From Methanotrichaceae archaeon (lineage in GTDB: Archaea; Halobacteriota; Methanosarcinia; Methanotrichales; Methanotrichaceae): a stretch of DNA of 64,000 bases. The notes beneath the pieces were generated by a model that saw nothing but the letters and a program-made list of their open reading frames with translations, did not search any database and had not been told where the DNA came from. Position numbers and translations under genes: made by a program. Where the stretch lies: contig CAVVKN010000022.1 in the NCBI GenBank assembly GCA_963748825.1, forward strand, positions 146,056 through 210,055, given 5' to 3'. The first letter of the stretch is position 1. Each line of letters starts with the position of its first letter. Shown piece after piece: positions 32,727 to 43,083 of this stretch.

Positions 32727-35700
32727 TTGTATATTAAAGAGGTCGAACTCAAGAACTTCAAGTCCTTCGGCAAGAGCGTCCGGGTTCCTCTGAAGAACGA
32801 TTTCGTGACTGTTACCGGGCCCAACGGTAGCGGCAAGTCCAATATCGTTGATGCTCTGCTCTTCGCTCTCTGCCTGTCCAGTTCGCGAGCCATGCGTGCC
32901 GAGAGGCTGCCCGACCTCATCTACCGAGGCGATAATGGTAAGAATCCGGACTTTGCCCAGGTTACCGTCAAGCTGGACAATACCAGTCGCCTCTTTCCCC
33001 TGGATTTGGATATCATTGAAGTGTCCCGGAAGATAAAGGTCAAAGGCGACAAATATGCGTCTTCTTATTATTTCAATGGAAAGTCCTGCGGCCAGGCTGA
33101 ACTACTGGATTTGCTGGCCAAGGCAGGCATAACCCCGGAGAGCTACAACATCGTCATGCAGGGCGATGTGACGCGCATCATCGAGATGACTCCAGTAGAT
33201 CGCAGAAAGATCATAGATGAGATTGCAGGCGTCGCCGAGTTTGATGAAAAGAAAAAGAAGGCCATGGAGGAGCTGGATGTAGTGCGAGAGCGCATCGGTC
33301 GCGTGGATGTGATTTTAGAGGAAGTTGCCACCCAGCTCGCCCGGCTTAAGGCAGAGCGGGACCGTGCCCATTCCTACCAGGCGCACCGGGAGGAGCTCAA
33401 GAGACAGGAGGCTTTTCTGCTCTTGGCCAGGCTAAAAGAAGCATCATTAGAGCTGGCCGGCCTGGATGAAGAGATCAAATCTCTGGATGTCAAGAATCAG
33501 ACGCTTCTGGAAAGATCGGAGAGCAAGAAAACAGAGCTCTCTGCACTGGATGAGAAGCTGCAATCCATAAGCTCGGAGATCACCCACAAAGGAGAAGATG
33601 AGCAGATCTCTGTTAAACGAAGGATCGAGGAACTGAAAGGGGAGCTATCTCGTGAGGCCGCTCGCATCGAGATGACGGAAAAGGCCATCTCCGAAATGGA
33701 TGGGCAGCAGAAGACCTGCTTCATTCAGATGGGCAGTCTTCGTGCGGAAACGGAGTCTTTAGCCGAAAAGATAAGGGACGCAGGTCTACGCGGCGCTAGT
33801 CTGCGAGGGGAACTGGATGATCAGATAGAGCTTCAAAGAGATGCCAAGTCCAGCCTGTCCCAGGCGGATGCAAAGTTCTCCTTGTTGCGGGATGAATTGG
33901 CCGGAGCCAGGCAGATTCGAGAGGAATCCAAATCAAAGCTGGGCGACCTGGTACGGGAGAGGGACCGGCTGCTGGATGCCACGAGGCGGGGCGGCCTGGA
34001 AAGGGAGGAGCTTTCCTCCGGCATCAAAGAGGCGCTGGACACACTGGCAGGTCTCGATCATGAGGCGGAGAAGCTGAAGGCAGAGCTGTCTGCCCTGAAC
34101 AGTCAGGCCATGGGCATGGAGCGGGACCGCGACGACCTGGAGAGCGGGCGCCTGCGACTGCGCCGGGAAATCTCCGAGGCAGAAAGAGAGTTGCAAAGGC
34201 TGCAGGGAGAGTTTGCCAAGAGCGACGGGCGCATGAGGGCCGCGGAGGACAAGGCTGGATACAGCCGGGCGGTGGAGGCGATTCGCTCTGCTATCAAGAG
34301 GCAGATGCTGCAGGGCCTTTACGGAACCATTGCAGAGCTTGGCAACGTGGCATCGCGCTACTCTTCGGCTCTTGAGGTGGCGGCAGGAGCGCGCCTGCAG
34401 AGCATTGTGGCCGACAATGATATGGATGCCTCGGCTGCCATTGAGTATCTGAAGAGGTCGCAGATCGGGCGGGCCACCTTTTTGCCTTTGAACAAGCTGG
34501 ACAAAGGCAGCCTCTCTTCCCGGCCCAATCATGCGGGTGTGGTGGACTACGCTCTAAATTTGGTTGACTTCGATCCCAAGTACCTGGCCGCTTTCTGGTA
34601 CGTCTTCCGGGATACTCTGGTGGTAGAAAGCCTCGTTTTTGCCCGTCCGCTCATGGGCCGGTATCGTATGGTCACCTTGGAAGGGGACTTGGTGGAGAAG
34701 TCGGGAGCCATGACCGGCGGCCACTACCGCTCCAAGATGAAGTTTGCTGCAGAAGAGAAGACGAAGCTTTTGGAGCTGTCTGAAAAGATCGCCAATGCGG
34801 AAGCGGAGCGGTCTACTCTATTGGATAAGCAGGATAGAATCGAAGAGCAGATCTCCCGCCTCTCTCGTGAGGTGGAGGAGCTGAACCGGGTCATATCCAA
34901 GAAGACCTTCCAGATAGACGAGATCGGCACGTCAAGGCCGCGCCTGGATAAGTCCATTTCGGAGAAGCGAGAGCGTTTGCTGGCAATGGAGGGCGAGTCT
35001 CTAAGCTTCAAGGAGCAGCTTGGTCTTTTGGAAGGCGAGATCAGGGTCTCGGAAGAGACATTAGCCGATGTGCAGCATAAGATCGACAAATTGGATGACG
35101 AGCTGAAGGGCTCGGAAATTCCCGGACTGAACAAAAAGGCGGATGCTGCGAGTTTGGAGATCAAGCGTCTGCAAGATAGGCTGACCGGCATTGATGCCGA
35201 GATTCTCAAGGACAAAATCAGAGAGGAGAGCGGCAGAGAGAAGCTGGCGGAGCTTGCGGCAAAAAGAGAGTCACTGGACGGCCAAAAAGCAGAGGCAATA
35301 ACCAAAAAAGAATCGGCCGTCGCGCTGATCGTGGGCCTGAATGAAAAGCTCGCTGCCGCAAAGGCGCGTGAGGCGGAGATCGAGGGAGAGCTGCACGGCC
35401 TGAAGGGAGTGCGTGGAGAGCTCTTAGAAAAGACGCTGGCTCTGCAAAGGGAGATAGACCAGGCGGAGAGGGAAAGGGACCGAATTGAGGCCCGCAAGAA
35501 TGCCACGGCCTACGCCAGAGAATCAATCTCGTCCAAAGTCAATGATCTGCGCTCGCAGATTGAGGGCTCTGGCGTTGACTCCTCTCAGGAGCCGCCCAAC
35601 AGCGAAACCGTAGCTGAGAAGATCAAAGCTCTTGAGCAGGCCATGCGGGATCTGGAGCCGGTGAACATGCTGGCCATCCAGGAGTATGACCATGTAAAGA

Positions 35701-36242
35701 CCCGCTACGACTTCCTGGCAGAGAGGAGGACCACTCTCTCCTCCGAGAGGGAAGCGATCATCGATAAGCTGGAAAAGTACGATCTGATGAAGAGGGAGGC
35801 CTTCCTGGCCAGCTTCACAGAGATCAACAGGAACTTCAATCAGATTTTCCAGGAGCTTTCCAAGGGCGAGGGTGATCTGATACTGGAAAACCCGGAAGAT
35901 CCCTTGGCAGCAGGCATGACCATCAAGGCCCGGCCTGCCGGAAAGTCCTTCCACCGCCTGGAGGCCATGTCCGGCGGGGAGAAGAGCCTGACTGCCCTTT
36001 CTTTCATATTCTCCATTCAAATGTACCGGCCTGCTCCCTTCTATGCCATGGATGAGATCGATATGTTCCTGGATGGGGCCAATGTGGAAAGAGTAGCCAA
36101 GCTGATCAAGAAGATCTCTTCCAAGGCCCAGTTCATCGTGGTATCCTTGCGTAAGCCCATGATACTGCAGTCCAAGTACACCCTGGGAGTGACCATGCAG
36201 GAGAACAACATCACCACTGTGACCGGCATCTGCACAAGCTGA
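32727..36242 (+). CDS. smc: Chromosome segregation protein SMC
   Basis: NFKSF, GPNGSGKSN, hinge GRATFLPL, MSGGEKS, MDEID; GGAGGT RBS and TTG start. Confidence 0.98.
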   Translation: MYIKEVELKNFKSFGKSVRVPLKNDFVTVTGPNGSGKSNIVDALLFALCLSSSRAMRAERLPDLIYRGDNGKNPDFAQVTVKLDNTSRLFPLDLDIIEVSRKIKVKGDKYASSYYFNGKSCGQAELLDLLAKAGITPESYNIVMQGDVTRIIEMTPVDRRKIIDEIAGVAEFDEKKKKAMEELDVVRERIGRVDVILEEVATQLARLKAERDRAHSYQAHREELKRQEAFLLLARLKEASLELAGLDEEIKSLDVKNQTLLERSESKKTELSALDEKLQSISSEITHKGEDEQISVKRRIEELKGELSREAARIEMTEKAISEMDGQQKTCFIQMGSLRAETESLAEKIRDAGLRGASLRGELDDQIELQRDAKSSLSQADAKFSLLRDELAGARQIREESKSKLGDLVRERDRLLDATRRGGLEREELSSGIKEALDTLAGLDHEAEKLKAELSALNSQAMGMERDRDDLESGRLRLRREISEAERELQRLQGEFAKSDGRMRAAEDKAGYSRAVEAIRSAIKRQMLQGLYGTIAELGNVASRYSSALEVAAGARLQSIVADNDMDASAAIEYLKRSQIGRATFLPLNKLDKGSLSSRPNHAGVVDYALNLVDFDPKYLAAFWYVFRDTLVVESLVFARPLMGRYRMVTLEGDLVEKSGAMTGGHYRSKMKFAAEEKTKLLELSEKIANAEAERSTLLDKQDRIEEQISRLSREVEELNRVISKKTFQIDEIGTSRPRLDKSISEKRERLLAMEGESLSFKEQLGLLEGEIRVSEETLADVQHKIDKLDDELKGSEIPGLNKKADAASLEIKRLQDRLTGIDAEILKDKIREESGREKLAELAAKRESLDGQKAEAITKKESAVALIVGLNEKLAAAKAREAEIEGELHGLKGVRGELLEKTLALQREIDQAERERDRIEARKNATAYARESISSKVNDLRSQIEGSGVDSSQEPPNSETVAEKIKALEQAMRDLEPVNMLAIQEYDHVKTRYDFLAERRTTLSSEREAIIDKLEKYDLMKREAFLASFTEINRNFNQIFQELSKGEGDLILENPEDPLAAGMTIKARPAGKSFHRLEAMSGGEKSLTALSFIFSIQMYRPAPFYAMDEIDMFLDGANVERVAKLIKKISSKAQFIVVSLRKPMILQSKYTLGVTMQENNITTVTGICTS

Positions 36243-36249
36243 GGCGAAA

Positions 36250-37056
36250 ATGAGCGACGATCCATCTATCCCGGATATGCAGGAAAATCCCCAATCCAGT
36301 TCCAACCCCAGCACCGATTCCAGTTCTGATTCAAGCTCCAATCCAAAATCCGAAAGTATCCCGGCTGCCAAGGATGCTGCTGATGAGGGAGGAGAGCGGC
36401 CGGAATTCGACTTCGGAGAGCCGGCGGAGGTTTTGGTGGAGCTGGCCAAGAGAGGAGAGATCGATCCCTGGGATATCGACATCGCCATGGCCACAGAGAA
36501 GTTCCTGCAGTACATCGATTCTCTGGAAAAGAGGGACCTGAGAATTCCCGCCCGAACTCTGCTTTACGCCAGTATCCTTTTGCGCATGAAGTCCGACTCC
36601 ATGGAAGGGCAGAAGGAGGAGGAGCCCGAGCCGGAGATGGAGGAGACCGCCGAGGAGCAGGAAGAGGAGATAGAAGAGAATCTGCCTCGCCCTCCCGTGA
36701 GAAGGCTCACCAAGAGGCCAGTGACCTTGGACGAGCTGATCTCCGAGCTGAAGAAGGCGGAGATGGTGGGCAGAAGGAAGGCCATGCGGGAGAGGTGGCC
36801 CAGCATTGAGGAAGTAGCCCTGGATGTGTCCCACGATGAGGGAATCGAGGACAGAATCAAGGCGCTGGGGCCCATCCTGGATGACATGTTCATGGAGACG
36901 AAGACCATCACCTTCCAGGATATAAACAGCAAAAACAGCAAGACTGAGGATGGGGTCACCAACTACGTCTCACTGCTCTTCATGGCCCAGAGAAAGCAGG
37001 TTTGGCTGGAGCAAGAGGAGATCTTCGGGGACCTGTTTGTGAGCAGGCATGCGTAG
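36250..37056 (+). CDS. scpA: Segregation/condensation protein A (kleisin)
   Basis: GEIDPWDIDI, ASILLRMKS, LEQEEIFGDL; directly after smc. Confidence 0.94.
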   Translation: MSDDPSIPDMQENPQSSSNPSTDSSSDSSSNPKSESIPAAKDAADEGGERPEFDFGEPAEVLVELAKRGEIDPWDIDIAMATEKFLQYIDSLEKRDLRIPARTLLYASILLRMKSDSMEGQKEEEPEPEMEETAEEQEEEIEENLPRPPVRRLTKRPVTLDELISELKKAEMVGRRKAMRERWPSIEEVALDVSHDEGIEDRIKALGPILDDMFMETKTITFQDINSKNSKTEDGVTNYVSLLFMAQRKQVWLEQEEIFGDLFVSRHA

Positions 37057-37483
37057 AGGGCTATTTTGAGGGAGCAACTATGTTTGTCTTTACTCCTGCG
37101 CGTGGGCATTTAACCAGTTATGTTTTTCTTTCTTCTGTCCGTGCTTCTCACGACAGTAGGCGCTAAATGTGGTATGCGAAATCCAATTAGATCTACTGAG
37201 GATGAGAAATGCCTCTCTTCGCAGGTGCTATCCAAATACGTAGATCATGAGCCCGACATTTAATCCGTGCCCATTTTCCTGAAAGCCAGCCATATCCGTT
37301 AACCGTTTCCATCTCCCTGTTCCCAAGCCTGCCCGGCGTTGAAAGCGCCCGAGCTCCCCCCGCGCGTTTCACAGCGTGCGGCCTCCCGGCTGATCTGGCA
37401 GCAGGAGCGAATTAGATATCATTTTTATTTGGGTCTATTCACCCCAAATTACTATTACAAAAAAAAGAGAATCCAACTTGATC

Positions 37484-37981
37484 TTATTTCTTCTTAAGCT
37501 CAACTATGCTCTCGCAATACGGCGCGCCCTGGCACATGGCGCTCTCGAATCTCTGGGTGTATTTTGGATTGAGGCTTTCCACCGCCGACCTGCTGTAGGC
37601 CTGGCAGCCATCAAAGAGACCCTCATTTCCTGCGCCCATTTCCCTGTGTCTGTTGAGAAAGGGACAGCCTGTTATCCTGTCTACTACCCTGTCTTCGCCC
37701 TCTTCCTGGGTCTCCCAGGTGATCTCCGGCCCGTAGAGAATCTGGGAGAGCACTCCCCAGGTCTCATCAACCTCTTTGGCATTTCCCATAGGCAAAGCCA
37801 GCTTTTCTGCCAGAGCCTTTGCTTCTTTTCCGCCTTCGATCCATATCTGCTTAATGATTTCATCGGACTTATCGCCAAATACCCTCTCAAAGGAGGCTGC
37901 GTAGGCGAAGCTCATCGCCGTAGCAGACCTGGCGGCGATCTCCCAGCGCACCTCTGCGGGAATGTCTTTTATGCGGACCAT
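37484..37981 (-). CDS. ATC-hydrolase/V4R-like conserved methanogen protein
   Basis: ITGCPF...C...LNP...MCQGAPYCE pattern. Confidence 0.7.
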   Translation of the reverse strand: MVRIKDIPAEVRWEIAARSATAMSFAYAASFERVFGDKSDEIIKQIWIEGGKEAKALAEKLALPMGNAKEVDETWGVLSQILYGPEITWETQEEGEDRVVDRITGCPFLNRHREMGAGNEGLFDGCQAYSRSAVESLNPKYTQRFESAMCQGAPYCESIVELKKK

Positions 37982-38134
37982 ATTTTCTTGACCCCCGTAT
38001 GTATGTAATGCTTAATAATTTAAAATACTTTCCCATTGAGTATGATATCGATCAATTTGGTTCCCCGCTGCAATAGGTAGGTTATGGAATACTTGAGTTC
38101 TAAAATAATTGTAAATTGATAACTAAATCCTGGT

Positions 38135-38289
38135 GGTTTACGGAATAAAACCACAGAGGCACAGAGCGCACAGAGAACGAACGCGGAGATTATTATGTGC
38201 CCAGAAGCTATTTAATATCATATTTTCAATGGTCTCGCATTGGAAAAGCTGCACGTCTCTGTGAACACTGTATCTCTATGGTTAATAAT
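38135..38289 (+). repeat. MITE-like element, copy 1 (CACAGAG-rich ends)
   Basis: Starts GGTTTACGGAATAAAACCACAGAGGCACAGAGCGCACAGAG and ends TCTCTATGGTTAATAAT; both ends recur inverted at 46482-46627. Confidence 0.7.
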
Positions 38290-38302
38290 CGTAGCTTAAT
38301 AA

Positions 38303-38362
38303 TAAATCCTGGTGGCACGGAATAAAATCGCAGAGTCAGGGGGCGCACAGAGGATGCACAGA
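38303..38362 (+). repeat. Degenerate tandem partial copy of the MITE-like left end
   Basis: TAAATCCTGGTGG..CGGAATAAAA..GCAGAG repeats 38124-38170. Confidence 0.6.
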
Positions 38363-38585
38363 TATTCAATTGCATCTCGAAAGTCAAATAGTAACCTCTG
38401 ATTAGCCAATGGAAAGAACGAGGAACCTTAATTTTGATTTTATCCCTCTTTCAGTCCAGCTCCCCTATGCGACAGACCCGCGCGTGCGTAACCCCGTACC
38501 AGCGCGGGCGAATCGCTTGGTTGGGTCTTCAAGAGCAATTGCATTCATGGCCGTGCTCATCCAGGTCCCAACAGAAAGATACAGT

Positions 38586-38870
38586 CTAAGGTTCTTTCAT
38601 GATCTCTTTCAACTCTTCTTCGACCCCTTCCAGCTCGCATTTCAGCGATTCCCTGTACCCTTCCAGCATCTCGATTTTTTCCTTTTTGCTCAAGAACTTG
38701 CGCTCTCCACAGCCGCATGTTCCATGAGCATGGGAATGATGGATTGTGGGACGCATGGGCATAGCATGTTGACTATGTTTTTCTTCGCAGCCGCACGTTT
38801 CACGCGCGCCGGATTGACAGACGTCTTGTGTCACCACAGATTGATGACCTTGTTTTTCTCCGCAGCACAT
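38586..38870 (-). CDS. Cys/His-rich DUF5320-like small protein
   Basis: CC/CGC/HHSHAH N-terminus and RKFLSKKEKIEMLE...LE coiled coil. Confidence 0.7.
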   Translation of the reverse strand: MCCGEKQGHQSVVTQDVCQSGARETCGCEEKHSQHAMPMRPTIHHSHAHGTCGCGERKFLSKKEKIEMLEGYRESLKCELEGVEEELKEIMKEP

Positions 38871-39194
38871 TTATTCCACCTCGTTTTCTTCCAATAAATC
38901 AATCACAATTCTACGGGTCTTTAGCTTCCACACCTTCTCCGGCGTGCCGCCCTTGACCTCTTTGTAAGAGGCCAACTCGATGATTTCAGCACTCTTGAGG
39001 GCAGAAAGATGATAGTAAAGCCCGGCCAAGGTCAGACCTGCCTCCTCGAACTTGAGTTCTTCATAGATCTCTTTCGAGCTTTTCTGGCCCATGCCTACAC
39101 AATCGATGATAGCCCAGCGTGTCGGGCAATGCAGAGCCTGAATGTACTTTCGAATGCTCTTCATCCGTTCGGGGATATTCTGACCTTTGCACAT
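38871..39194 (-). CDS. ArsR-family transcriptional regulator
   Basis: ALHCPTRWAII...LYYHLSALKSAEII winged HTH. Confidence 0.88.
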   Translation of the reverse strand: MCKGQNIPERMKSIRKYIQALHCPTRWAIIDCVGMGQKSSKEIYEELKFEEAGLTLAGLYYHLSALKSAEIIELASYKEVKGGTPEKVWKLKTRRIVIDLLEENEVE

Positions 39195-39209
39195 TATCTT
39201 TGCCTTGAA

Positions 39210-39232
39210 TAGTTAAGTATTCTACTTGAGTA
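39210..39232. promoter_or_regulatory. Candidate ArsR autoregulatory operator
   Basis: Imperfect palindrome TAGTTAAGTA-TTC-TACTTGAGTA between a minus-strand TATA-like TTTATAGT (39245-39252) and the start codon. Confidence 0.5.
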
Positions 39233-39429
39233 TACTAGTCTTCTACTATAAAGCATTTTGGCTGGGGCTTGTTGGGCATCCACTATTTGCATCAGGCTAA
39301 GTGTCAGAAGGAGCACGATCAGGATGAGCCCGAGGTGATGGTCTTCTCTTGAACTTGGAGTAGATGAAATGAAACATTTCGACTCCATATTATCGGGTTG
39401 CAGCCTTATGTTTTGGATAATTTTTGGAT

Positions 39430-40967
39430 CCTTAACTCCGCGATTTAGGGCTTAAATTTGATATTATTTTAAATTTTTAACCGCTTGTAAATTATTTCAA
39501 TGGAAATCTATAAATATATGTATTCCCTAATATACCATACATGGACGAATGGGCAAAATTATGGCTGATTGAACAAAGAAAAATGGGAAAGAAAGGACTA
39601 GAAATTAAATATATAAGTAACCATCATTATGTCTATCATTCAACGACACACTGGGATAAGCAACTCAAAAAACGAATAAAAGATTCCGATTATATCGGCA
39701 AGCTGGATCGCACTAAAGGGCTTATTGAGGGAGTTAAGCGATCGGTAACCGCGAAAAATCTTCGAGGCATAAAAGAGTATGGTAACGCAATGCTATTTGA
39801 CCGTATTCTTACCGATATGAGGTCATGCCTTGAGGATGCTTTCAAAGATGAGTGGGAAGAAATCTATGCTCTAGCGATAACGCGAGCATCTGGCTATATG
39901 CCATTGAAACGAGTTCATTCTGCCTGGGATAAAATATATAATGTTCAAAAGATAAATCCAAATTTGGATGCAAAGAACTTAAGCCATGTGTTGAAAGCTG
40001 TTGGAATAGACAGTCAAGCACAGGATTCCGTTTTTAGAGCCCTATCTGAAAAGGACAAAGATCTCGTGTATGATTTGAGCACTGTGTTGACCAAGTCATC
40101 AATAAATTTTGCAGAGTTTGGCTATAACAAGAACAAGATCCACATTCCTCAAATAAATATCGCGCTGTTTTGCTCTCTGGAGACAGGCTTGCCCACTTTG
40201 ATTAGAACGATACCAGGAAGCGTTCGCGACATAAAGAGTCTCTATAACAGCATCGTTGAAGCCAATAAAGAAGGATCGACGATCATATTGGATAGAGGTT
40301 TCTTTTCGAAGGATGCCATTAAATTCCTGCTAGAAAAGAAAATGAGCTTCATTTTGCCTGCCAGAAGAAACAGTCTACTTTATGGGACAGATATAGGTCT
40401 GAATAATCACCTATTTTATCAGGATAGATTGATAAAATGCGGAAAAGGAAAAATTGAGGACATTTTTCTTTATTTATACGAAGACCAACAATTAATGCTT
40501 GAAGAAAACATCACGCTCTATCAAAAACTAGACGAGGGAAAAATCGACGCCAATAAACTTAGTGAGGCGCAGAAGCGTGCTGGAAAGATCCTGATAGTGT
40601 CTAATCTCGATTTAGACGCGAATACTATATTTATGCAATATAAAAGTAGAGACCGAATCGAGAAGCTTTTCGATACCTACAAAAATGCTCTTCAAGCAGA
40701 CATTCTCTATTTGCAGGATAATGAAAGTGTCTTCGGGCATATTTTTATCTCGTTTTTATCATTATATGCATACACAAAGATTGAGGTGGCTCTGAAAAAA
40801 GCTGACCTTTTAAGAAAGCAATCTCCAAAAGACATCCTGCTTGATCTGAGCAAGGTGTACTTAGTAGAATTAAATGACTGCAATATAATTTCAGAGATAC
40901 CTAGAAAATTAGAGACGCTTGACGCAAAATTAGGATTTAATTTATTCCCTAAAAACCGGAGTTAAGG
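39430..40967 (+). mobile_element. IS1634-family insertion sequence, intact
   Basis: TIRs CCTTAACTCCGCGATTTAGGG (39430-39450) and CCCTAAAAACCGGAGTTAAGG (40947-40967), 18/21 match; 6-bp TSD TTGGAT at 39424-39429 and 40968-40973. Confidence 0.92.
39541..40965 (+). CDS. DDE transposase (IS1634-type)
   Basis: YDLS, FGYNK, PGSVRD, LDRGFFS, YKSRDRIEKLF motifs. Confidence 0.93.
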   Translation: MDEWAKLWLIEQRKMGKKGLEIKYISNHHYVYHSTTHWDKQLKKRIKDSDYIGKLDRTKGLIEGVKRSVTAKNLRGIKEYGNAMLFDRILTDMRSCLEDAFKDEWEEIYALAITRASGYMPLKRVHSAWDKIYNVQKINPNLDAKNLSHVLKAVGIDSQAQDSVFRALSEKDKDLVYDLSTVLTKSSINFAEFGYNKNKIHIPQINIALFCSLETGLPTLIRTIPGSVRDIKSLYNSIVEANKEGSTIILDRGFFSKDAIKFLLEKKMSFILPARRNSLLYGTDIGLNNHLFYQDRLIKCGKGKIEDIFLYLYEDQQLMLEENITLYQKLDEGKIDANKLSEAQKRAGKILIVSNLDLDANTIFMQYKSRDRIEKLFDTYKNALQADILYLQDNESVFGHIFISFLSLYAYTKIEVALKKADLLRKQSPKDILLDLSKVYLVELNDCNIISEIPRKLETLDAKLGFNLFPKNRS

Positions 40968-41208
40968 TTGGATAATAGATGGAGCGGTACTCTTTGTGAA
41001 TAACTTTTGGCGGCAACGTCTCATGGAATTTGTCTTTAGTATGACAACTATGTCAATCCTTATCTTGGGATCATTCGAGTCTTTTGATCACTTTTTAGGC
41101 TTCTCTGAGAGCGGGATTTTTGGCTCGCGTGGAGGAATTCTCAGTTCCATTTTCTTCTCCCCCTCCCTTCTAGCTTAAGCTCAAACACTTCTGATGAGGA
41201 CAGCTTCC

Positions 41209-41490
41209 ATGATCATCTTGACCGCAGATTCCTATGCCAAAGCCATCATCGAAGCCGCTCTCTTCGCCTAGAGTAGAACTCTCTCTCCACGAGAGCTGGC
41301 CGATATCTCCAGCTTCTCCGAGGAGTGGCTCGGGCTCTGACGAACGGCCTGGCAGCAGAGGATGCCGCCCGCGGCTCGGGCATCGAGATCAAGAACATTG
41401 GCGAGGGCTATTCCATGCAGGTTCGCTTCGGCCTGGCCTGGCGTGTTCTCTCTTTTGCCCAAAGAGATCGAGGCCCCCATCAGTACGCCA
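41209..41490 (+). pseudogene. scpB: Truncated scpB pseudogene
   Basis: AKAIIEAALFA*SRTLSPRELA...GSGIEIKNIGEGYSMQVR...KEIEAP; TAG at 41269-41271, two frameshifts, C-terminal half missing. Confidence 0.8.
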
Positions 41491-41503
41491 AAATCTATTT
41501 TAA

Positions 41504-41908
41504 TCAATCTTCTCCGAAAATCCTGACCAACTCCTGATCAGCATCAACCTCGATCAAAGTGCCACTCTTTATCAGCATAATCTCCTCCGTCACTCTGTCC
41601 ACCAGGGGAATGCCGCTGATGATGGCCCCTACCGCCACAATGGGCTCGGAGCGGATGTTGATCATGGCCACGGGCGCAAGCCCCCTCTTTTTGAGCTGGT
41701 AGATAACGTAGGAGCCGACTGTCGAGCCCTTGCCTCCCGGAAAGATGAGCACCTTTCCGGCGATGCACTGGCCATAGAGCTCGTGCGCCGGATCGACCAC
41801 TATGCCGGTCTTGGCATCGACATTGCCCAAAAATGAGATGGCATCCTTTGTCACCAGAGCCTGGCCGCTGGCCTGACCGGAGGCAACCTTGTGGCATTTT
41901 ATTTCCAT
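41504..41908 (-). CDS. Aconitase X swivel subunit (DUF126), phosphomevalonate dehydratase small subunit
   Basis: ISFLGNVD..TG, GKGSTVGSY, EPIVAVGAII. Confidence 0.92.
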   Translation of the reverse strand: MEIKCHKVASGQASGQALVTKDAISFLGNVDAKTGIVVDPAHELYGQCIAGKVLIFPGGKGSTVGSYVIYQLKKRGLAPVAMINIRSEPIVAVGAIISGIPLVDRVTEEIMLIKSGTLIEVDADQELVRIFGED

Positions 41909-43083
41909 CAATACCTCCTCCCCAGAGCTACATCGATGCACTCTTCCAGACTTCCCAGACCGGCCTGAACGCCCCCAAGTCCTGGTAGGTAGACCAATGC
42001 CTTGCCGGAATTGACCATCATTTTATCAAAGCGTTCCGTGGCCGGGGAGACGACCATGCAGGTGTCGCAAAATACCCTCGCCCCGCTCTCCTCAATGGCA
42101 GCGACCAGTTGGGGGTGCGCATCGGCGATCTTGCGGGCGGTGCAGACCCACAGCTCCTTTTGCACCTTCTGGCCTTGCAGCAGCCCTGCAATCTTCTCCA
42201 GCTCCTCAAGAGAGCAATGGGGGCAGCCCAGAGCCACTACATCTGCCCCGCTTCCCGGATATTTCAGATAGACCTCATCGATCTCCTTTCTGCCGAGACT
42301 GATCTTCTCCTCCGGCTCTGAGGCGGCAGGCGGCGCAGGCGTGACATCCTCTACGTAGTAAAGGGCGACGGAGCCGCTGGCAGCCATGGCCGCTCCCAGA
42401 GCCTTGAGCTCATCCGGGACGGGCCGGCAGCCCGGCAGCCGGAAAAAGGGGATGCCGTCCTTGACTATCTTGCCCACCAAAAATCCCAGAGCCCCATAGT
42501 CCGAGCCCCGCAGATCCGCCAGAACCTCCACAAGGTGCGTGGGCATTCGATTCTCATCCAGATGGTAACCAAAAAGAGCCGTTTTTCCCACCAGTGCCGC
42601 CGCCAGGGCAGACGGCCCCCCCTCGCGATTGGTGCGGGCACCGATCACTGAATTGGCGTAGGAGACGGCGGAGGACTCGCTCCAGGCCAGGTGATCGCCC
42701 CGACTGGCCAGGCCTTCGTAGATCTGATAAGGTGTGCAGGTGCAGTCGATGGTAACGCCCAGGCGGCGGTAGGCTTCAATGGTCTGCTGCTGCTTGAGGG
42801 CGAATTCTTCCCCGATGCCCATCTCCTTCCAGCGGCAAAGATCCATACCGGCCGGATTCAAGATACTGGGCACCACCACCTGGCCCTGCAGGTCGGAGAT
42901 CCACTCCAGGCCCGCTTCGCCGATGTTCTTGTAGGACACTCCCGCGATCTGCACCGATCTCACGGGCACGAGCTTCTCTGCGCCGTAGATGTCGCCTAAC
43001 GCCACCAGGATCTCCATCATGCGGCGCAGGGTTTCGCCTTGCTCGCCCTGATAAATGCCTTCTTCCTCACGGGACAGGTACAT
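41908..43083 (-). CDS. Aconitase X catalytic subunit (DUF521), phosphomevalonate dehydratase large subunit
   Basis: GVSYKNIG, CTCTPY, WSESSAV, GARTNREG, GCPHCS, DTCMVVSP. Confidence 0.93.
   Translation of the reverse strand: MYLSREEEGIYQGEQGETLRRMMEILVALGDIYGAEKLVPVRSVQIAGVSYKNIGEAGLEWISDLQGQVVVPSILNPAGMDLCRWKEMGIGEEFALKQQQTIEAYRRLGVTIDCTCTPYQIYEGLASRGDHLAWSESSAVSYANSVIGARTNREGGPSALAAALVGKTALFGYHLDENRMPTHLVEVLADLRGSDYGALGFLVGKIVKDGIPFFRLPGCRPVPDELKALGAAMAASGSVALYYVEDVTPAPPAASEPEEKISLGRKEIDEVYLKYPGSGADVVALGCPHCSLEELEKIAGLLQGQKVQKELWVCTARKIADAHPQLVAAIEESGARVFCDTCMVVSPATERFDKMMVNSGKALVYLPGLGGVQAGLGSLEECIDVALGRRY

Noticed and set aside
34724-36515. Long minus-strand ORFs (260 and 330 aa)
   Set aside because: Antisense shadows of smc and scpA
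38455-38510. Group II intron domain V
   Set aside because: The hairpin lacks a clear AGC/CGC triad with GNRA loop and has no domain VI; kept only as an unexplained hairpin
41088-41150. 20-aa minus-strand ORF MELRIPPREPKIPLSEKPKK with a strong RBS
   Set aside because: Too short to support without conservation data
41269-41271. In-frame TAG in scpB as pyrrolysine recoding
   Set aside because: The same gene has frameshifts and is truncated, so ordinary decay explains it
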